Below are positions 13,029 to 25,700 of a stretch of 64,000 bases of DNA, piece by piece. The stretch is from Lama glama (Eukaryota): assembly GCA_028534125.1 (NCBI GenBank), contig CM052832.1, positions 21,640,001 through 21,704,000 of the forward strand, given 5' to 3'. The position numbers were made by a program, and so were the translations under genes. The notes under the pieces were generated by a model. It saw only the letters and a program-made list of their open reading frames with translations, had not been told where the DNA came from and ran no database searches. How positions within the stretch are numbered: position 1 is the first letter of the stretch; every line of letters begins with the position of its first letter.

Positions 13029-14811
13029 CTCTGCTCCACCAAATGTATCTCACAGAAGTATCAGCCGATTGATCAGTGATCCTCCTTAAACCTAAAATCA
13101 TTCTTGAGAGCAGCACTAATTAATTCTTGTGATGATGTTAAATAATAACAAATCATTGCTGGGAGCAGGGCTGGAAATAAGCAGTGGAGAGTTGTCTCCC
13201 AAAAACAAGACCAAAAAAAAAAAAAAAATCAAAGACAATTTAAATATTTTGCTCTGCAAAATTCTCCTTACATCTGATTTATTAGAAACGTGTGGGTTTT
13301 TCCCAAATGTCTCAAAATGCATGAATTAAATGGCTCTTATTATATTACTTGAAATTAAAAGATAATAAATTAATAGGATCTCTATACTCTTGCTGCTGAA
13401 TAATACGGAATTTGAGCTCAAACTGATAAATGGGTGTATAATTTTTATAAAGCAACAAAGGGGGCATATTTCCTCCTTGTTCTACTTTAATTGTTCTCCC
13501 TTGGTAAAACTGGCTTTTCTTGTCAGTTCTTTAATTGGAGCTGAAATGAAAGCATTTCCAGTTACTGTATAGCAGGCTACCTTGTCTAAGTTAAGAACAC
13601 TTTGTCAGAGTATTTTCTGAGATTCTAACCTGCTGCTTTTTTAAGTGCTGTGGTTCCAAAGTTACAGGATCACATAGCTTGTCTAGCATGTAAAGAAAGA
13701 TCAGGAAAAACTTCCATTTGATGAGCTAAATTTACCTTTTAAGACTTGAGCTATATATTTCTTTTAATGCTCTGTTATTTTTTAATCAAATAGAAGTTAA
13801 AACCCTATGCAATCCAAATAGATTTCTTCAGATCAGAGAAGAAAATGAAGATTTCTATTTTCCTCCTTCCTGTCAAGGTCTGGTTTCTACAAATACAAAA
13901 ATCTGATGCACTTTTTTTTTTTTGCAAGGTTCTACCTAATGGTAACAGAAGCAATCACTTGATACGTAGGTATTTTCAGATCTGAATGTTGCCACTTTTA
14001 TAGGATTAAAATATTTTTTTGTAAAAAGGTAACAGAACAGGTCTTGAACTTTATCTCTCCATAGATCAAGCACTATAAATATCTATATATTATTAATGCA
14101 TTATGTTTACCTGGTTACAAAACTGGATAAACATGGGCTTAAAGAATAATGATGAAGGAGATAGAAGATCCCCCATTATATGCTAAATATTTCCTTCTGT
14201 CTTAGGTGAGGATAAGGATTTCCAAATCAATTTTTTTTAATTTCAAAATTAGCTAGAGGTTGAGACTCTAGAAGACAGACAGGAAAAGAAAGAGCTATGT
14301 CAAAGAGAGTCTAACAAAACGTGTAATATGCTGAAATGAACCCTGGTAAAGGGAGCTGGCACCTCCCCCACTTTTCCATAGAATGTTTACATCATTTCCT
14401 TTGTCCCATCCTCACAGGGCTCTAAATAACCTCTCCACAGAATTACCCACACAGGCCCAGTTCTTATAGGGTATCTAGAAAGAGCTGGGATCATGCTGAA
14501 ATAATAATAATTTAGTCTGAATAAATAATATTCAGTGTCCCTTGAAGAAATGGTGTCAAGTGGGAGAACACAGTCCAGATGAAAAAATGTCTCCCAGGAG
14601 CAAAATTAACACTCTGCAATGTCTTCAGCTGAGTGAAATGAAGACAGGAAAATCCAACCCCTTAGAGGTTTAAGGATTACACGTTAAAACTACTCATTAA
14701 AAATTAAAAACAAATGGGATACTCCCAACTGGGTGTTTGTTTTCCCCTTAACAAGCCATTGAATGACTTTCCCAAGCACTGATTATATGGATGATGTTTA
14801 AAAATGAACTC

Positions 14812-15362
14812 ACTATGGATGAACGGATAAAGGAAATGTGGTATATGTATACAATGGTATATGTATTATTCAGACAAAAAAAGAAGGAAATCCTGCCATT
14901 TGTGACAACTTGGATGGACCTTGAGGGCGTTATGCTACGTGATATAAATAAATCAGACAGAAAAAGACCAACACTGTATGATCTCACTTATCTGTGTAAT
15001 TTAATAGAATTCACAGACACGGAGAACAGATTGGTGTTTGCCAGTGGCGGGGATGGGAAGGGGTGAAATGAGTGAAGGTGGCCAAAAGGTACAAACTTCC
15101 AGTTACGAAACAAGTAAGTACAGCATAGAGACTGGAGTTAATAATACCCTGTTGTGTATTACTAAGTTGCTAGGGGAGTAGACCTTAAAAGTTCTAGTCA
15201 CAAGAAAAAATTGTTAAATATGTGTGGTGAGAGATGTTAATTAGACTTATTTCTTATTCTTACCACTTAATGTGATCATTTCACATTACACACAAATATC
15301 AAATCATTATGCTGTACACCTGAAACTAACATGTCACCTGTCAATTATATCTCAGTTAAAAA
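14812..15362 (+). mobile_element. 5'-truncated LINE-1 3' end (L1MA9/L1_Art-like)
   Basis: ORF2 C-terminal text (DERIKEMWYMYTM..EILPFVTTWMDLEGVML), 3' UTR and poly-A. TSD aaaaatgaactc at 14800-14811 and 15363-15374. Confidence 0.92.
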
Positions 15363-16914
15363 AAAAATGAACTCTGTACTTCCTTGTCAAAGCATTAGAA
15401 CCTTCCCCTGCTCAGAGTGTCAAAACCTCTCAATTTCTCACCTTCATTCACTACACCCCATTAGTTGCTATGTGTTTCTTAAACATCTCAACACTCAGAA
15501 ATCTCTGATATTTGCCACCTGATATCTGCCTTACCATGACTTTGTACTATCCAGGTCACACTCTTCTTTCTTACAAACCATAGTGTAAGTGTGGACCCGT
15601 AGATGAGCGCAGGGTCTTCCTGGAGGAAAATCAACTAGGAGGCAAGGGTCATTTGAAAATGAATCCATTTCCAGGTCTTTAATTTCCTTTTGTGCTCTTG
15701 CTACAACCGATCTGTCTATGGTCAAGGCTTCATGCAGGCCTCTTTCACACCTCCTTCTCACCTTTACTGAACACCTTCAGGTCACCAAGCAAAAGCTGTG
15801 AAGCTGCCTTTTTCAAAGCAACATCAAGAGTTCCCATGACTACCACCCTCACCATCTATTTCATTAAAAGTAGTGTTTATATTAATTTCTACATTTATGC
15901 TTAATAAATATTTATACTGTTTTTGATGAATTGTGTACTACTAATAATTTAATGACAATTCAAAAAAGTGTTTTATTTTTAAATACTTAGAGCCCCATGG
16001 TCACAATTATGTTTTAATTTTTAACACATTTTGATACAGAGGATGGTAGAATGATCAACAGAAGACTTTCAAGCTTAAAAATAGATATTAGATAGAATTC
16101 TGTGGAGAAAATGGAAATTCAAATTCCAGATAAAAAAGAAGATGACATGAAATTTCCTGTTTTTTTATGTTTCACTGAATTCATTTGAAAGAGTGATGTA
16201 ACAATTCTATTTTATAATTCTCTATTTGAGAAATATGAGAGATGACCTCTTCTGCAACTATGTTAACTTACTGTGAAAAAACATTCAATGTCAATCAAAA
16301 AATGTATGAGGTGGTACATGATCTTAAAAAGCTATTTTGGGTTAATACCAGGCAAGAGTTTCTATACCACTCATGGGTCTACCAAAGTCCTAACATCCGA
16401 GTGTGGAATTCCACTCCCCAGGACTCAGGCTCCTTTCCAGTCTCATCTCCCATTTATGGCTTTCCCCTCTCCCCACAACATACACCGACTTTCAGAAAAC
16501 ACATTTTCACTCAAAACAGACCTACTGTGCTTTGCCTAGAACATGCTCTGGACGTGTCACCCCTGTTCAGATGTCACCCTCAGCTGGAATGCAACTCCCC
16601 ACTTTCAAGCTACCTACCCTAAACTAGCCACACCTCATTCATCAATTCCTCCTGTTTCCCAATGTACACAAAGAATTAATAATTTCTTTTCAATTCTCAT
16701 TTAGAGCACTTTGTATCTCTACTGGGCAATTCTTTAATTAACCCCTTGCTTCCCCAATCAAATATTTGGTATCTTTTTGCTTAATAAAAATATTTGGTAT
16801 CTTTTTGTTTAATTGAGTTGAATAGCAGTTAATTTTACCGAGAGCCAACGTGTTTAAACAAGGCCAGCTGAAGACTCTGAATTCACAACTCTCATTTTGG
16901 CTTTTTCAATGATC

Positions 16915-17356
16915 TGGTACAACATAATGATTCAAGATCTGAATATATCGCAAAATGATCACCAAAATAGGTCTAGTTAACATCCCTCATCACAGTCACA
17001 ATTTTTTTGTTCTCGTGGAAAGAATTTTTAAGGTAACTCTCTCGGTAACTTTCTAATATACAATACAATACAGTGTTATTAACTATAGTCACCATGCTGT
17101 ACATTATATCCCCAGGACTTATTTATAACTGAATGTTTGTACTTTTGACCATTTTACCCATTTTGCCCCCTCTCTACCCCTGGCAACTGCCAATTTGTTC
17201 TGTTTTTATGAGCTCTTCTTTTTCTTTAAATTTCACATAGAAGTGGGACCATACAGTATCTGTCTTTCTCTGTTTGACTTATTTCTCTTAGCATTATGTC
17301 CTCAAGGTCCATCCAGGTTGTTACTTTCTTTATCCATTCATGCACTGATGGACATC
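16915..17356 (-). mobile_element. LINE-1 3' end fragment (L1MA-like)
   Basis: ttattaactatagtcaccatgctgtacattatatccccaggacttattt..tttatccattcatgcactgatggacat. Confidence 0.85.
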
Positions 17357-20289
17357 TTACTTTTTATATGAAGAATTTTTAATGAAGTTAATCAAAGTAA
17401 TTTGTCATCATTTACAAATACGATAGAATAATGATGAGTAGTATTATTAAATTATAGGAGCCTAAAATTAAAGTCATTTTTAAGATAAATAAGATACAAG
17501 GAGGTCACATGACAAAGCCAGTCGGTTGAAAAGTAGAGGATACTGCTCAAATACTAGCGAGTACTCAAACTTTAATCTTAATTTCCCTGTTCAAAATAGA
17601 TTTTCTAAACAAACTCCACATTCGTAAAAAATAAAAAAATTCCATATTCACTAGCCATTTTACTATTCATGTCTCTCAAACAGCAACCAATAACAAGATG
17701 ATGATTAAATTCATTTTAATTTTTTACTCAGCATTAAAATGTACAACATGATATAGACACTGCCTCAGTCCACTTCAAAAATAATATACTGTACTTCATC
17801 ACTCAGTAATAAAACTATTAACTGACAGCCCAAGGAGAATACGAGAACCTGCTAGTCTCAAACACAGCTCAACTTAATAGTTATCTGCATGTCTAACCTC
17901 ACATCTGTTTCCTGTTTATACTTTCACAAGGTATTCTGCGTTGCTTGATGTAATTATTTATTCTGCAGTAAGTAAAAGTACAATACACGGCCTCCTCTAG
18001 TCCCATCTGGATGTAATAAAGGAATCAAATTTTGAAATTGCAAGACTGGGAAAGGAAACTTCTACCTTTCATCGTAACAGAAACAGAGGACTGGCCTTTT
18101 CCCTTCACCATGGACTTACTAGTAACTGTAAGAAACCCTGCCTCAGTGTAGTAGGATCTGAAGGGCCACAGGCTGGTTGAATCTGTTTCAAGCTGACTTC
18201 ACAAAACCCAGTCCAAAGCTGAACCTTTGCAACATCGTATGTGGGATGTCCTTTAGGTTTCTGATTCTGTAGTAGCTGAGCAGTGCAGCTGCGATGCACT
18301 GCCAAATTGAAGCAGTTGCCAGTAAAGTTGTTAGCATTTTATTTTTAAAGAACTTACATTTTTGGTTTAGTAAAACCCTATAGTCTCAGATTAATGACAA
18401 AATGATTCAGACTTAGGTCTTCTACTTCTATGAACACTTCAGTACAGTCACGTCCGATTCAGTTAGAAGGATAATAAACAAAAACATCTTAAGGATATTC
18501 TAACAAAAATGTTGCTGATAAAACTGAGGCACTTTAAAACCTGTGTTTGCTCTCATGACAGTAAGACGATGTACTGCAAATTTCAAAACGACTCTAATTC
18601 ACGGAATTACATATCTTCAAATTACCAAATTATATTTTCCAGTGTTTAACTGCAAAATTTAGAGTTTATACCTATTAATTGTAAGTTTGATATCTTCTTA
18701 GTTTGGTAAAGCAGCATCAACAGCAAACATCTTTCTAATTAACAAATGCTGAATCAATATACGTGCAAAGATTTCTGGAAATCTATGCAGAGAATGGAAC
18801 GTGGCATAGTGATGGGGAAGTCATCTGTCAAGAAAACAAAGCATTTTCATGAAAAGAGACCTACAGTAACATCAAGAATAGAAAAGATAGTGACTGTGGA
18901 AGCTGAACTATCTACTAGAAAATAAATAACAAAATAATATTTGATACGGTTTTTAGAAACAGAATCATTAAAAAAAGAGACGGAAGCAACTAAAGGTCAT
19001 AGGCAAGTTTCAGTCTATGTAAGCCATATTATCTCTTGTGTGGTGCCCAGAGCTATGAGCATCTAATGAGGTATGCATTTTATCTGTAAATTTCGGCTCT
19101 TTCTATGAGGGTGATGTTTGTTACAGGCCACTGAGAGATTCAATTAATAGTGATCTTTTGCTGTCAATAGTCTAGACATGAGTGCCTTCTCAAAAGCTTT
19201 ACAAGGGCAGATGGAACCATAAATGATTGATGGCACCTTTGACAGGGAACACAAAAATTAAAGAAGAAAACTGAGACAACCCCAAGCACTAATGGCCTGA
19301 CAGAAATAGAGGCAGTCTGTTCTAAGGCATAAGTAATCTTTACTGCCATCAGCAGGAATGGCAGAATGAAGACCCCTGAAAATCCTCTCCTCCAGAAAAG
19401 CAATGAGGACAGTGACAAAAATGGTCAGAATCAGGTTTTTTCAGAACTCTGGAAATTAACTAAAGGCTTGCAGCAATCCAGGGAGTGTTTATTCAAGAAA
19501 AATGGAGCAATCTTGGTAATGAGAGAGAGTTACGTGGCATTTTAAACCTGTCCTTTTCTCACGTCCCACTCCCCAGTTCTGTGGCGGCCTTGAAAACCAA
19601 CGAACTTCAATCAGGGTGAAAACCAGCAGCCTCGCAGCCACTGGAGGGGGCAGAAGAGGGTTGGAGCTGCTTCAAAGTTCCACTCCCAGAAAAACTGTTA
19701 TTATTTGACCTGTGTGGTGATTCCATGGAAGACTCCACTCACATGGCTTTCTTATTTAACCTGACCTGGCACTCACCCAGTGAGAAAAGCCCTTTTCCCA
19801 GGGGCATTTGTCAAAAATAATCAGCTGCAACTGCTTAACATCACCCCTGCCTGGGGCTGTGAATAACAGAGCAAATAATAAGCAAATCAAAAAAACTTAA
19901 AAGGAAAAGCCAGGGGATATGATGTCCAGGGGGGGTTTTGAAACACACTGACATATTCCTGGGAATCTAGAAGGCCATGTGCATGCAGAGGGACGTGTGC
20001 CTGTCCAGGCCGTGCACCTGTTCAGTAAACATCTAAAAGGCCCTTAGCTCTCATCTCCGGCTAAATCTGAGGTTTTGCACAAGCAGGAAGTGAAGGTAGA
20101 GATGGAAGTTGTACGTGATCTGAGCATTAAAGACATGCTCCAATATGCACATAGGACTCCTCAGAAAAGACTGAGAGATTTATTGGTTCTACGCATTTAA
20201 GGAAATCTCTGTCCAATCATTAGCTGACTGCTAAGCTAATTTGGTAAAGACTTTACTTGCCATATATACAAAGTACAGACTTTACTGAA

Positions 20290-20595
20290 ATTTTTTCTTA
20301 TTTTTTATTGAATTGAAGTAGATTTACAATGTTAGATTCAGGCGTATAAGCAAAGTGATTCCGTTATACATATAAATATATACAATTTTTTCTTTTCAGT
20401 TTCTTTTCCATTATGGCTCATTACAAGAAACTAAATATAGTTCCCTGTGCTATACGGTAGGCCCTTACTGTTTATCTATTTTATGTATAGTAATGTATAA
20501 CTATTAATCCCAATCTCCTAATCTATCCCTCCGCTCCACTTTCCCCCCGGTAACCACAGTTTGTTTTTTATGTCTGTGAGTCTATTTCTGGTTTG
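20290..20595 (-). mobile_element. 5'-truncated younger L1 3' end nested in the old L1
   Basis: T-rich head and atatagttccctgtgctatacggtaggcc. TSD cagacttta(c/t)tgaa at 20276-20289 and 20596-20609. Confidence 0.88.
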
Positions 20596-21014
20596 CAGAC
20601 TTTATTGAATTAATTAAGAAAAATCACTAAACAAACAAACAACAACATCAATAATAAATCCTGAGCAAAAAAGAGTAACTGATTTCTAGAGCTGTCACAT
20701 TTATATTTAAAAGTATATTTAAATATCTAGTTTTTAACAAAAGTTGTGACACATGAAAAACACACAGGAAAAAAAGCAATTAATAGAAACTCTCCCAGCA
20801 AAAGCCCAAACATTGGACATACTAGACAATGACTTTAAATCATCATTTTAAATATGTTTGAAGAAGTAAAGCAAGTCATTTTTAAAGAACTAAAGAAAAG
20901 CATGAGAATGATGTCTCACTGAATAAAGAATATCAATAATGAGCCAGAAATTATGAAAAATAACCAGACAGAAGTTCTAGTGTGAAAAGTAAAAGAACTG
21001 AAATTAAAAATTCA

Positions 21015-21165
21015 GGTAGGGAGGGTATTGCCCAGTGTTAGGGTGTGCACTCAGCATGCACAAGGTCCTGGGTTCAATCCCCAGTACCTGCATTAAAATG
21101 AATAAACCTAATTATACACCTTCCTAAATAAATAAATAAACAAACAAACAAACAAATAAATAAAT
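21015..21165 (+). mobile_element. tRNA-Ala-derived SINE (Vic-1-like), diverged copy
   Basis: gggagggtattgcccagtgttagggtgtgcactcagcatgcacaaggtcctgggttcaatccccagtacc with a (TAAA/CAAA)n tail. Near-TSD aaa(a/t)attca. Confidence 0.88.
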
Positions 21166-22134
21166 AAATATTCACTGAAGGGGCTCAGCAGGAGATTTGA
21201 GCAGGCAGAAGAAAGAATAAGCAAACTTGAAGACAAAAATTGAGATTACTTGGTCTGAGAAACAGAGAAAAAAAAAAAGAATGAATAAAAATTAACAGTG
21301 CCTCAGAAATCTGTGGGATACCACAAGCACACTAACATACACATAGTATGAATTCCAGAGGGAAAGAAAAAGGCAGAAAAATATCTGAAGAAATAATGGC
21401 CCCAAACTCTGAAATGTGAAGAAAAATATTCATCTACACAACCGAGAAGCTCTACGAACTCTAAGTAGGATAAATTCAAAGAGATCTGTACCTAGCTATC
21501 TCACGAACTGCCAAAAGACAAAGGAATCTTGACAACAACAGACAAGCAGCTCATCATGTATGATGGATACTCAGGAAGATTAGCAGTTGGTATCTCATCA
21601 CAAATCAGAGGCCAGAAGGCAGTGGAATGACATATTCAAAGTGATGAAAAAAAGACTTTCAACTAAGAATTCTATATTCAGAGAAGCCATCCTTCAAAAC
21701 TGAAGAAAAAGCTAAGATATTCCCAGATAACAAAACCTGAGAGAATACATTGCTAGGAGACCTGTGTTAGAAATACTAAACGGAGTCCTTCAGGCTGAAA
21801 TGAAAGGACACTAGACAGTAACTTCAATCCACGTGAAGAAAGAAAGTGCACAGTTAAAGGTAACCACAAAGCAAACATAAAACACAGTATAAATGTGGGT
21901 TTTGGTCATAACTCTTGTTTTTATATTTCCTAACTTAAAAGCCAACTACATAAAGCACTAATTATTAATGTGCTGATAGGTGTACATTTTAGGAAGATAT
22001 AATTTGTATGGCATTATCAGCACAAAGAAAGGGAGAGGGAATTAAGCCATATATAGAGGCAAAGATTTGTACACCATTATAAAGCTGATACTAAGATTAA
22101 GGTAACCACTAAGAAAATGACTTTTAAAACTATT

Positions 22135-22172
22135 TATGTATGTATGTATGTATGTATGTATGTATGTATGTA
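22135..22172. repeat. (TATG)n microsatellite
   Basis: About 9 perfect units. Confidence 0.95.
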
Positions 22173-22223
22173 CATAAATGAATTAAAATGGCACACTAGA
22201 GAGTATTTACCACAAAAGAGGGC

Positions 22224-22673
22224 TATTGTAGGTTGAATTCTGTGTCACAAAAAGATACGTTGAAATCATCATCCCCGGTGCCTGTGATATGGCCTTATTT
22301 GGAAATAGGGTCTTTGCAGATGTAATCAAGTTTAAATGGGGTCATACTGAATTAGGGTGGACTCTAATCCAATGACTAGTGTCCTTATAAAAAGAAGGAA
22401 ATTCAGCCACAGAGAGAGGAAATCAACATGTTAAAACTGAACAGAGATCGCAGTGATCTCAGCCAAGGAATGCCAAGGACGGCCAGCCACCACCAGAAGC
22501 TAGGAGAGAGGACCAGGGCAGATTCCTTCTCAGGGCCTCCAGAAGGAATTAACCCTGCCAGCACTTTGACTGGGGACCTCTGGTCTCCCAAACTGTAAGA
22601 GAATAAATTTCTGTTTTTTTTAAGCTACTCAGTTTGTGGCACTTTGTTACAACCACCTTAGGAAACTAATATA
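22224..22673 (+). mobile_element. MLT1C-like MaLR LTR
   Basis: ccttatttggaaatagggtctttgcagatgtaatcaag..gaataaatttctgtt..ggaaactaatata. Near-TSD agggc/aaggc. Confidence 0.9.
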
Positions 22674-24081
22674 AAGGCAGTGAAAGAGGAACAGAGGAAC
22701 CAAAAAAATAACAAAGATCTGTTGAGTGGGAAAAGGAAGCTGGAAAATATAGTAGCAAATTCATGAAAAGATTAATGTATGAAATATCAAATGATCCGTA
22801 TTTAGGCTGATATTCCAGAGGACACTATACAATAAAAATTGACATAAAGCTTGCTTTTTAGAGCTATTTTAACATGTGACTATGAAAGTTATTTCTTTGG
22901 TGCCATATATGAGAGAGAGACCGATCCACAATATTTTCTCTAATCAAACAGTACTTCGCATGTAGCAAGCTTTTCACAGTGATTTTTAAAAACAGAAAAA
23001 TTCATGCTATAAAAAGAGACAATTTTTTGCCCCTAAACTAATGAACTGGAGAACTTACAGTACTACTGTAAACAGTTTGACTTCTCTGGTCCACATGCAG
23101 CATCCTCTGATGCTAAAAATTATTTGTTACACATACACCATTCATGTCCATTATAATCTGATAGTTCTGTTTCAACACATACAAATAAAGGAGTTCTTAA
23201 TAATTAAAAAACCCTTTGTTCCCAATTTAGGACACAATCATCATTTACTGTTAAATGACATTAAAGAGCTCTGGACTTAAAATTTGAAAGCTTAACATTT
23301 TCATGTGGGTTATTTTTGCGGTAGGCAAAGGAAGATGTGGGGAAAAGAACAGATCCATATTAGATCTAAAAACAATACACTATTTAGTAGATTAAAAATA
23401 AATAGAAGCAAACTAAGGAACTACATTTTACTCTCTGAAAAATATGCAGAATGTCCCTCAACTCTTCTATGAACCATTAACTTCATTACCAACCTTTCTG
23501 TTCTACACCATGAATCACCTGAAAATTCCATTACCCACCTGATATAAAATATGAAGATTTCATTTTACTAAGTGCTGAATTAGCAAGTGCCTAGGGTAGC
23601 CTTTCATAGGCTATCAGAGCAAAGAAATCAATATAGAAATGATCCTAGTATCAAAAGAAAAGTATGAAGGAAAAACTGCACTGATTGCCTTATGTGTTGG
23701 CCGTGCTTATGAGGGAAAGTCAAAAGCAGCTTTTCTCAATGGTTTGAACATAACTGACTTCCTAAATTAATGAGGACGATAAGGCCCACAGACGGTGTAT
23801 TGTGGAGTTTGAACTGTACTAATTTTGACAGGTGGCATGGAAGCCTTCTCAGCTACTCCTGTGAAATTAAGGATTCAGGGAATGGCAATGCGAAATGCCT
23901 TTTAAGATGCAAATTAAACCATACACATATCTCATGCCCTCCTTCATAAACTGACATGTACACGAGAACACTAAAAGATGAAGTAGGAATATTTGTACTC
24001 CACAATGAAAATATGTAAATTTCCAGGCTTCCAGTATTTCATATAATTCTGAAATATCAGAGTATTCTGCTTTGTTAAAAG

Positions 24082-24083
<2 letters not shown>

Positions 24084-24112
<29 letters not shown>
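24084..24112. repeat. (AC)n microsatellite
   Basis: About 14 perfect units. Confidence 0.95.
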
Positions 24113-24114
<2 letters not shown>

Positions 24115-25000
24115 TCCATATATTGCACTATGACATCAGTTTCTTTATAAAGCATTTGCTGAGGCCTTTTCACTTATCATCTTGACACACATTTTATCCC
24201 TATGTCCCGATGTTCTTTTCCTCTCAGGAAAACGGTCATCTTCTTTTGGGAAAGAATATAAATATGTCACTGGATTTCATCAGCAATATTCAATAACTCA
24301 GGCCAGTGGCAAGAGAAAAAATGATGACATTAGTGGTTGTGAAGTTCAGATAGTTTTTACCACAAAGTGGATTAAAGCATATTATGATAACCAAAACCAG
24401 TTTGACCATTTATACTCCTACGCTGGGTCTAGACTGGTAATTTAGAAATTGTAACCGAGGGCAGCAGTGAGGCCAACAGGACAGGCCTCTGTTTGAATTA
24501 TCGATGGCCATATAAATAAAATTTTAAAACAAGGTATTTTCCATTGTTCTCCCCAAGAAGACAGAGGTACCCAATAGTTTCAACATGAGGAATATTCATC
24601 CACAAAATAGTTCATTTTTCCCCTAAAAACATACCTGGGATGATATTAAAATAAGATTCCTGATGAAACTGAGTGTATGGCTGTGAGGACAGCAACAGAG
24701 TCACGTGCCAAGATCAACTCTATCTATTCATTGAGTTCATCTCGTCTCTGGGTGCTCTGGCCTGCGTGTTATCAGCAGGCTTAATCATCCAGAATATGAC
24801 AAACTGAATCTCAGTATTAAGAAGGAGTAAGCTATGAACGTTTTACTGGCGGGCTGTTGAGTTCAAGCAAAGCTGAGGATTCTTGGGCAGGGCTGGAGTG
24901 TTAGGGGTAGAAGACGGAACAGGGACAAGTGAGGCTCACAGGAACAAACAGGCTGTGATACAAGTATGTGCACACATGCAAATGTTTTAGTACAAGGGTC

Positions 25001-25500
25001 NNNNNNNNNNNNNNNNNNNNNNNNNNNNNNNNNNNNNNNNNNNNNNNNNNNNNNNNNNNNNNNNNNNNNNNNNNNNNNNNNNNNNNNNNNNNNNNNNNNN
25101 NNNNNNNNNNNNNNNNNNNNNNNNNNNNNNNNNNNNNNNNNNNNNNNNNNNNNNNNNNNNNNNNNNNNNNNNNNNNNNNNNNNNNNNNNNNNNNNNNNNN
25201 NNNNNNNNNNNNNNNNNNNNNNNNNNNNNNNNNNNNNNNNNNNNNNNNNNNNNNNNNNNNNNNNNNNNNNNNNNNNNNNNNNNNNNNNNNNNNNNNNNNN
25301 NNNNNNNNNNNNNNNNNNNNNNNNNNNNNNNNNNNNNNNNNNNNNNNNNNNNNNNNNNNNNNNNNNNNNNNNNNNNNNNNNNNNNNNNNNNNNNNNNNNN
25401 NNNNNNNNNNNNNNNNNNNNNNNNNNNNNNNNNNNNNNNNNNNNNNNNNNNNNNNNNNNNNNNNNNNNNNNNNNNNNNNNNNNNNNNNNNNNNNNNNNNN
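25001..25500. other. Assembly gap or masked block (500 N)
   Basis: Run of exactly 500 N. Confidence 0.99.
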
Positions 25501-25502
25501 AA

Positions 25503-25700
25503 GTCAGACAAGATTAGAAACCAGTTCAGCTGCCAATTAGTTACGTAATTTGGCCAATTATTAAAGCTTGCTAAGACTTGGCTTCTCAATCAATGAAATA
25601 AGGATAATAATTTCTATATGGCTAGCTGATTTTAAGAAGGAAAAGACATAAAGTGTATAAAGCAAGTAACATGGTTTCTAGAAAATAACAGGAACCCAAG
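25503..25700 (+). mobile_element. MIR SINE fragment
   Basis: Degenerate MIR layout (agtcagac..ctgccaattagttacgtaatttggccaa..cttctcaatcaatgaaataaggataataa). Confidence 0.6.

Larger units (their letters stand above)
19345..22720 (+). mobile_element. Ancient L1M-type 5' UTR/ORF1 remnant carrying nested insertions
   Basis: L1 ORF1-like text such as gaggccagaaggcagtggaatgacatattcaaagtg and aagaattctatattcagagaagccatccttcaaaactgaag. The frame is heavily disrupted. Confidence 0.85.

Noticed and set aside
24966..25589. Long ORFs of 183-200 aa
   Set aside because: They consist almost entirely of X translated from the N gap
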